A DNA stretch of 64,000 nt from a virus, in IMG/VR virus record IMGVR_UViG_3300025876_000005, positions 72,643 through 136,642 of that record, one strand, 5' to 3'. The notes under the pieces are model-generated. The model was not told the DNA's origin, searched no databases, and was given only the letters and a program-made list of their open reading frames with translations. This document shows, piece after piece, positions 59,203 to 64,000 of the stretch (position 1 is its first letter; each line of letters starts with the position of its first letter). A program made the position numbers and the translations under genes.

Positions 59203-60035
59203 CAGAACTTAAACTGACAGCAGACTACGTTAATCAGTCAACACAAGGCAGAGTCTTTGGTGGGATAGAAAAGAATCCGATCCATAAAGGTGCAGAAGTC
59301 TCTGTGCCTTTCGATCAGTTTGAAATTCAGGCGAAGAGTCGAGGCAAAGAGCTCTTACTAGAGCTTAAAGACCTTAATTCAGACAGAGTCTATCCAATAC
59401 GGATGGGTATGGGCATGTCAGGGCACTTCAGGCTAACTCAAAAGGCCCAAGAAGATAAACATGCACACTTAAAGTTCGGTGCCACAGACGGCCACGTATT
59501 GTCTTTTGTGGACGTGCGACGTTTCGGTAACTGGAATGCAGGTGAGAGCTGGTCAGACAAGCGTGGCCCGGATCCAACTACCGATTATAGAGAATTCTTC
59601 TTGAATGTGACGACTAATCTGACCAAGGCTAAATTTAACAAGCCACTCTTTGAAGTCCTGATGGACCAAAAGTACTTTAATGGCATTGGTAATTATCTAA
59701 GAGCAGAGATCATCTACCGTGCTGAAGTTAATCCATTTCTACCAGCTAGAGAGCAACTAACAAGCTACCCAAAGATCTTAGAGCTATGTCGAGATATTCC
59801 GATGCTGGCCTACCAAAGAGGTGGTGGCGCAATCAAAGACTGGGATAATCCATTCGGCAAAGAGAGCCAAGTTGGTAAATTTATGCTCTGTTATGGAAAC
59901 AAAGAGATGAGTCAACGTATAGACTCTACTGGGCGTCGTTTTTGGTACGACCCACATTGGGACAAGTTAGATCTAGAATCAGAATGGGATTACTATTCAG
60001 GGCTACCGAACCCAAAAGCTTATGAAAGAACGTAA
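59190..60035 (+). CDS. fpg: Fpg/Nei family DNA glycosylase/AP lyase, apparently without a C4 zinc finger
   Basis: N-terminal MPE, RGK, GMSG, DVRRFG, GPDP and H2TH motif LMDQ..FNGIGNYLRAE. Confidence 0.88.
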   Translation: MPELAELKLTADYVNQSTQGRVFGGIEKNPIHKGAEVSVPFDQFEIQAKSRGKELLLELKDLNSDRVYPIRMGMGMSGHFRLTQKAQEDKHAHLKFGATDGHVLSFVDVRRFGNWNAGESWSDKRGPDPTTDYREFFLNVTTNLTKAKFNKPLFEVLMDQKYFNGIGNYLRAEIIYRAEVNPFLPAREQLTSYPKILELCRDIPMLAYQRGGGAIKDWDNPFGKESQVGKFMLCYGNKEMSQRIDSTGRRFWYDPHWDKLDLESEWDYYSGLPNPKAYERT

Positions 60036-60066
60036 ACAATTTTAAACTTAAACGTATAATACAAAT

Positions 60067-60540
60067 ATGAAATTAGTACTCGTAGGCAAAGCAGCATCTG
60101 GTAAAGACTATCTTAAGACTCGATTAAAGAAGAAGGGTTTTAAGATAGGTGTTAGCCATACTACAAGGCCACCTCGACCATCTGAAACAGATGGTGTTGA
60201 TTATCGCTTTACAGACGAAGCCACCTTTAAACAGATGATCGAAAAAGATCAGTTTGTAGAATACATGCACTTTAACGGCTGGTACTATGGCCAGACTAAA
60301 GAAGACTTCACACACGCAGAAGTTATGATTATGAGCAAAGATGGCCTAGACATTTTACCGGAACAATACCGTAAAGAATGTATGGTGATCTACTTAGATA
60401 TTGACCGTAAGACTAGAGTTGAAAGACTTAATCTGAGAGAAGACCCAAATGATTCAGTTGAACGGCGTTTACTCGCAGACGACGAACAGTTTAAAGGCTT
60501 CAACGACTTTGAAATCCGCATTACTAACCCAGATTTTTAA
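60067..60540 (+). CDS. gmk: Guanylate kinase-like
   Basis: GKAASGKD, SHTTRPPR..E.DGVDY.F and YYG; AAAC-N17-TATAA at 60034. Confidence 0.85.
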   Translation: MKLVLVGKAASGKDYLKTRLKKKGFKIGVSHTTRPPRPSETDGVDYRFTDEATFKQMIEKDQFVEYMHFNGWYYGQTKEDFTHAEVMIMSKDGLDILPEQYRKECMVIYLDIDRKTRVERLNLREDPNDSVERRLLADDEQFKGFNDFEIRITNPDF

Positions 60541-60577
60541 GAATATATAAAATCAAGAATCTTAAATTTTAATAAAC

Positions 60578-61099
60578 ATGTCATTAGAAACACTCAAGAC
60601 AAAAAGAACAGAGCTAATTGAAAAATTAGACGAATTACAAACCCAGTCTGCTGAAAGGCTATTTGAAATAGAACTAGACGATCGTAAGCAGATTAAAACA
60701 ATTATGGAGCACTTAAACAAAGGCTTCACCTGGAAGACTCAAAACGCTGCGGTTGTTGTAGCTCTTTACGATCAGTTAAAGAAGCAGAACAAAGAGTTAA
60801 CCAGCTCTGAAGAAGAGGCTACAGTAATTAAACTAAAAGCTCACGAGCTTAACGGTCTTTACCAAGCTCTTCTTAACGTAGAAGGCGTTGGTGTTGAATC
60901 AGCACGCCGTTTTATCACAATGTTAACCAACGTTGGTGAGACAGTAACCAACGCAATGTCAGTACTTGGTGAGATGAACAAGGAGATCTCAGAGATGCAC
61001 GCAGAACTAGATGCAACCGAAAGAGAGATTGCTGAGCTTGAAAACACTGAAGAAGTAGAACCAGAGTTAGAAAGAACGACTCTAGAAAATAGAGTGTAA
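60578..61099 (+). CDS. Coiled-coil hypothetical protein
   Basis: 173 aa, Glu/Leu/Lys rich; GAATATATA at 60541. Confidence 0.6.
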   Translation: MSLETLKTKRTELIEKLDELQTQSAERLFEIELDDRKQIKTIMEHLNKGFTWKTQNAAVVVALYDQLKKQNKELTSSEEEATVIKLKAHELNGLYQALLNVEGVGVESARRFITMLTNVGETVTNAMSVLGEMNKEISEMHAELDATEREIAELENTEEVEPELERTTLENRV

Positions 61100-61635
61100 T
61101 GAAGACATCGAGTAAGAGCAGAAAAAGATTGGACTTCCTGGATTTAATCCAGGGAGTTCTTACTCACGATGACATCTACGAAACAATCGATTATCGCAGA
61201 CAGAGTGAGGACAAGATCAAGCAGTTCATCTATCCACATTTGATAGAGAACTTGACAACACATCTTGTTGAGACAAAAGAGTTAGATAAAACCACTGCAA
61301 AAGAGCGCGTAAAAGAGGCCTTGAAATGGGAAGGTAATGTTAAGACTACAGTCAACAACATTCTTTTCATGGGTACTCAAAACAGACCAGACATGGTACT
61401 CGAGATGAACGGGCTACGCATTGCAATTGAGTTCAAGCGTGGCGGTAAAGGTTCAGAACTGCGTAGCGGTATCGGTCAGTCAATGATCTATGCAACACAT
61501 TATGACTTTGTAATCTACCTCTTTATTGATACAACAGAAGACAAGAGAATCCAAAACTCGGTTGATAGCGTAAACGAGAGTGAGTTTATCGAAGAGCTTT
61601 GGAACAGATACAACATCAAATTTATTGTAGCTTAA
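61099..61635 (+). CDS. PD-(D/E)xK restriction-endonuclease-fold protein
   Basis: RPDMVL...AIEFK...GIGQSMIY (PD..ExK plus QxxxY). Confidence 0.7.
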   Translation: MKTSSKSRKRLDFLDLIQGVLTHDDIYETIDYRRQSEDKIKQFIYPHLIENLTTHLVETKELDKTTAKERVKEALKWEGNVKTTVNNILFMGTQNRPDMVLEMNGLRIAIEFKRGGKGSELRSGIGQSMIYATHYDFVIYLFIDTTEDKRIQNSVDSVNESEFIEELWNRYNIKFIVA

Positions 61636-62150
61636 TGAAGAGATTTGTAACTTCAAATATGCAGCTGGGTCGTCCAGCTGCTATTAAAACTTATAAGAGA
61701 CCTTTCGAGAATGTAGATGAGATGACCGACGCTCTAATCAGAGAGTGGAATAATGTCGTCTCTCCAGGTGATCTTGTCTATCACTTAGGTAACTTTGCCT
61801 GGGATCCAAAGACAGCACAAGAGGCCTTAGATCGACTTAACGGTAACATTTGGTTACTGCCAGCAGAATACGATGATGCTGTAATGATCTTGGCTAGAAA
61901 AGGTCTACTAAGAGATGGTGTTAAGGTGATTAACCGAATTATGCCGCTTGAAATGATGAAGGCTAATCTAAGTTACTGGCCAATGGAAGCCTGGCCCGGC
62001 AAACAGAAAGGTTACTACTCAATCATAGGTCACCCGCAGAAGCAATTCAAGAGTGACCCAAAGAAGAAGCGCATTAACGTTTCTACTGATCTCTGGGGTT
62101 TTAAGCCACAGGATCTAGAGAAGACTTTACAGATCTTTTACGACATCTAA
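61635..62150 (+). CDS. Calcineurin-like phosphoesterase homolog with substituted metal ligands (start re-assigned from 61599)
   Basis: Scaffold RPF.NVDEM...LI.EWN..V..GD.VYHLG is retained, but motifs read SNMQLG, GNF, AEYD and IGH. Confidence 0.7.
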   Translation: MKRFVTSNMQLGRPAAIKTYKRPFENVDEMTDALIREWNNVVSPGDLVYHLGNFAWDPKTAQEALDRLNGNIWLLPAEYDDAVMILARKGLLRDGVKVINRIMPLEMMKANLSYWPMEAWPGKQKGYYSIIGHPQKQFKSDPKKKRINVSTDLWGFKPQDLEKTLQIFYDI

Positions 62151-62185
62151 ACTTTTTGCAACTTTTTTGCAAAAAAGTTTTCTAG

Positions 62186-62217
62186 TGTCAATCTTTTTTA
62201 TTATATTAGTACTATAA
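62186..62217 (+). promoter_or_regulatory. Host-type early promoter of the ECF sigma gene
   Basis: TGTCAA-N10-TATATTAG-T-ACTATA. Confidence 0.65.
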
Positions 62218-62239
62218 TTATCACACAAAGAAAAAATAT

Positions 62240-62857
62240 ATGTCAAAAACATCCGATTTAAGCTACAGAGAATTAGCAGAGAACTTTTATGCTTCACGCA
62301 GTGAAAAAGACTACAATGTACTTTACAAGAAGGTAAAGCCAGGACTTAAGTCTTATATCTTTAACATCATTAAAGACTCAGAAGCAACTGGCGATGTCTT
62401 AGCTAATACTCTGACTAAGCTTTGGACTAAGATAGATCAGTACAAACCAGAGTATCAAGTAACTACATGGCTTTACAAGATAGCATTCAACGAATGTCTA
62501 AGTCATATTCGTAAGCGTAATCGTAAGTACAGTCTAGATGCAATGCGAGATTATGGGATCGAAGTAACTGAAGGCAACCATACAACAAACATGGCCGACA
62601 ATTTACTCTTAGACTCAGAAGAGCGCATGACTGAAGCAGACTTCTACGAAGAAGATGAGTATTTACAAAATCGTTACGAAAGTGCAATTGAGTGTATTAA
62701 CAGCCTTAAGCCAATGTACCGTGAGATTATGCAAGATCGTCTATTTCACAATATGAAGTACGAAGACATTGCAGAGAAATACAACGTATCTCTACAGACT
62801 GTAAAGAATAGAGTACGTCGCGGAAAAGTTCTAATCCAAAGAGCGATGGGCGAATAA
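62240..62857 (+). CDS. ECF-type sigma-70 family sigma factor
   Basis: Region 2 LTKLWTKIDQY...TTWLYKIAFN; region 4 MKYEDIAEKYNVSLQTVKNRVRR. Confidence 0.88.
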   Translation: MSKTSDLSYRELAENFYASRSEKDYNVLYKKVKPGLKSYIFNIIKDSEATGDVLANTLTKLWTKIDQYKPEYQVTTWLYKIAFNECLSHIRKRNRKYSLDAMRDYGIEVTEGNHTTNMADNLLLDSEERMTEADFYEEDEYLQNRYESAIECINSLKPMYREIMQDRLFHNMKYEDIAEKYNVSLQTVKNRVRRGKVLIQRAMGE

Positions 62858-62898
62858 AGTTGAAACTTTTAAAAAGTTAACGATATATACTATCACAA

Positions 62899-62973
62899 AT
62901 GAAATTATTGAATAACATAGAGCTGAATTTAAGAAGACTAGAACCTAGTCTTGGAAGCCCTCTTATTCGATAA
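62899..62973 (+). CDS. Putative attenuator leader peptide MKLLNNIELNLRRLEPSLGSPLIR (24 aa)
   Basis: ATG just after AAAC-N17-TATAT / GATATATA (62863-62889); overlaps the 5' arm of the antiterminator. Confidence 0.55.
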   Translation: MKLLNNIELNLRRLEPSLGSPLIR

Positions 62974-63030
62974 ACTCAGATAAGACACCAACTAACCAGA
63001 GGGCTTCAAGAAATTGAGGCCCTTTTTTTT
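62934..63030 (+). promoter_or_regulatory. Attenuator-like mutually exclusive antiterminator/terminator
   Basis: Hairpin 62934-62952; GAAGCCCTCT (62954-63) pairs with AGAGGGCTTC (62998-63007); terminator GGGCTTCAA-GAAA-TTGAGGCCC-T8 (63001-63030). Confidence 0.65.
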
Positions 63031-63057
63031 GCAAAAAAAGTCAAAAAAAGTTTTTAG

Positions 63058-63088
63058 TGTCAAACTTATTTGTTATATTTGCACTGTA
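63058..63088 (+). promoter_or_regulatory. Host-type early promoter of the tRNA cluster
   Basis: TGTCAA-N10-TATATTTG-C-ACTGTA. Confidence 0.7.
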
Positions 63089-63111
63089 ACAAAAACGTTC
63101 TTTTACATAAT

Positions 63112-63183
63112 GGTCCGTTCGTCTAGGGGTCAGGACATCACCCTTTCACGGTGAAGACACGGGTTCGATTCCCGTACGGACTA
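63112..63183 (+). tRNA. tRNA-Glu(TTC)
   Basis: Full cloverleaf; anticodon arm TCACC-CTTTCAC-GGTGA; no encoded CCA. Confidence 0.92.
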
Positions 63184-63189
63184 CAATAT

Positions 63190-63263
63190 TCCTCCATAGC
63201 TCAGTTGGTTAGAGCGGCTGACTGTTAATCAGTAGGTCCCTGGTTCGAGTCCAGGTGGGGGAG
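63190..63263 (+). tRNA. tRNA-Asn(GTT)
   Basis: Full cloverleaf; GCTGA-CTGTTAA-TCAGT. Confidence 0.93.
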
Positions 63264-63269
63264 CAAGTT

Positions 63270-63510
63270 GATTGTCAATGACGCTTATTGGCAGACTGTT
63301 GGACGCGGGTTCGAATCCCGCCACCTCCACAAGTTCTTTTACATATTACCAAAATATGGGGGTGACCGGCTTTTGACAATGGTTGATAGCGATAGGAAGA
63401 GACGATTGGCGTACGCAAACGACAACTTTGCATTAGCGGCATAAGTGCTGCTGATCTATTAAAGTCAAGGACTTGATAGATCACGTCAGCCTAGAACGAA
63501 ATCTAGGCAC
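63270..63510 (+). ncRNA. ssrA: Circularly permuted (two-piece) tmRNA: acceptor piece ~63270-63329, intervening segment, coding piece 63358-~63510, tag (A)ANDNFALAA
   Basis: T-arm plus CACCTCC-A lies upstream of GGGGGTG; they pair with a G3.U70 wobble. Tag frame 63415-63444. Confidence 0.85.
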
Positions 63511-63513
63511 TTT

Positions 63514-63599
63514 GGTCGAGTGGTGGAATAGGTAGACACGTCAGACTTAAAATCTGATGGGCAGTAATGCTCGTGCGGGTTCGATTCCCGCCTCGACTA
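63514..63599 (+). tRNA. tRNA-Leu(TAA)
   Basis: Class II cloverleaf; TCAGA-CTTAAAA-TCTGA; long variable arm. Confidence 0.92.
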
Positions 63600-63647
63600 C
63601 AAAGAAACAAACAGACTCTTTATTCATATAAAGACTGTTAAATGAAT

Positions 63648-63721
63648 GGTCGCGTAGCTCAGCTGGATAGAGCATCTGCCTTCTAAGCAGACGGTCACAG
63701 GTTCGAATCCTGTCGCGATCA
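63648..63721 (+). tRNA. tRNA-Arg(TCT)
   Basis: Full cloverleaf; TCTGC-CTTCTAA-GCAGA. Confidence 0.93.
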
Positions 63722-63725
63722 CTAA

Positions 63726-63857
63726 ATGATTATGAAAATGTTAAACGAAAACCAAGGTAAGAGATTAAGTCAGGTCAAAGACTCTGAGAATCTAGCAATG
63801 TTATCAGTTATACTGGTCTTAATAGGAATAGTGGTAACGGCATTTGTCATTAACTAG
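63726..63857 (+). CDS. Small membrane protein (43 aa) within the tRNA cluster
   Basis: MIMKMLNENQGKRLSQVKDSENLAMLSVILVLIGIVVTAFVIN; C-terminal hydrophobic helix. Confidence 0.5.
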   Translation: MIMKMLNENQGKRLSQVKDSENLAMLSVILVLIGIVVTAFVIN

Positions 63858-63863
63858 AATTGA

Positions 63864-63937
63864 GGGCTCTTAGCTCAGTTGGTTAGAGCAACTGACTCAT
63901 AATCAGTAGGTCGCAGGTTCGAGCCCTGCAGGGCCCA
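63864..63937 (+). tRNA. tRNA with CAT anticodon, most likely tRNA-Ile2 (lysidine, reads ATA)
   Basis: Cloverleaf; GGGCTCT acceptor with C4-G69 and CTCATAA loop resemble bacterial Ile2 more than Met tRNAs. Confidence 0.8.
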
Positions 63938-63943
63938 CAATAT

Positions 63944-64000
63944 GCTCAAGTGGTGGAATTGGTAGACACGCTGGTCTTAGGAACCAGTGCCGCAAGGCTT
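63944..64000 (+). tRNA. tRNA-Leu(TAG), truncated by the window end
   Basis: D-arm GGTAGACAC; CTGGT-CTTAGGA-ACCAG; start of the variable arm. Confidence 0.85.

Noticed and set aside
343-61047. Many short minus-strand and alternate-frame ORFs in the track
   Set aside because: They lie within long, motif-supported plus-strand genes, have no recognisable motifs and look like shadow frames.
6190-61634. Longer track starts at 6190, 28575, 34467, 38505 and 61599
   Set aside because: They run through promoters, terminators or upstream genes; downstream ATGs with A-rich leaders fit better.
63275-63484. Minus-strand 69-aa ORF
   Set aside because: It is the antisense shadow of the tmRNA gene.
63864-63937. 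CAT tRNA as initiator or elongator Met
   Set aside because: The paired 1-72 position and lack of three G-C anticodon-stem pairs rule out initiator, and the body resembles Ile2. Elongator Met is not fully excluded; if it is Met, the leader-codon match drops to 12 of 13.
1-64000. Stop-codon reassignment, as seen in some large phages
   Set aside because: Core genes are full length in the standard code, TAG and TGA serve as stops, and no suppressor tRNA is visible in the window.

Overview
A 64-kb, almost entirely plus-strand segment of a large T4-like (myovirus) phage genome. The host is probably Bacteroidota, inferred from TAnnTTTG-like promoters and A-rich leaders without a Shine-Dalgarno sequence. 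Left to right it contains: (i) candidate head-packaged proteins with a T4-like capsid-targeting N-terminus; (ii) a DNA-base hypermodification-like cluster (DUF6378-like, SGNH-like, glycosyltransferase, amino acid:DNA transferase-like, PLP enzyme, dimeric dUTPase); (iii) replication and recombination genes (split family-B polymerase, nrdB/nrdA, clamp, UvsX, gp41, gp47/46, gp44, RNase H-like); (iv) T4-like morphogenesis genes (gp15, gp55, gp4, gp2, portal, protease-scaffold fusion, major capsid, gp14, terminase, sheath, tube, hub, tape measure); (v) accessory genes (KTSC, GT9, GT2, Fpg/Nei, guanylate kinase, PD-(D/E)xK nuclease, degenerate phosphoesterase, ECF sigma); (vi) the start of a tRNA cluster. 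The main findings are a leader-peptide attenuator just upstream of the tRNA cluster whose codons 3-15 are all read by the six tRNAs visible downstream, a compact circularly permuted two-piece tmRNA, three promoter classes suggesting a host-sigma > phage ECF-sigma > gp55 cascade, and a family of capsid-targeted cargo proteins. All product calls come from motif recognition by eye; no database searches were run.
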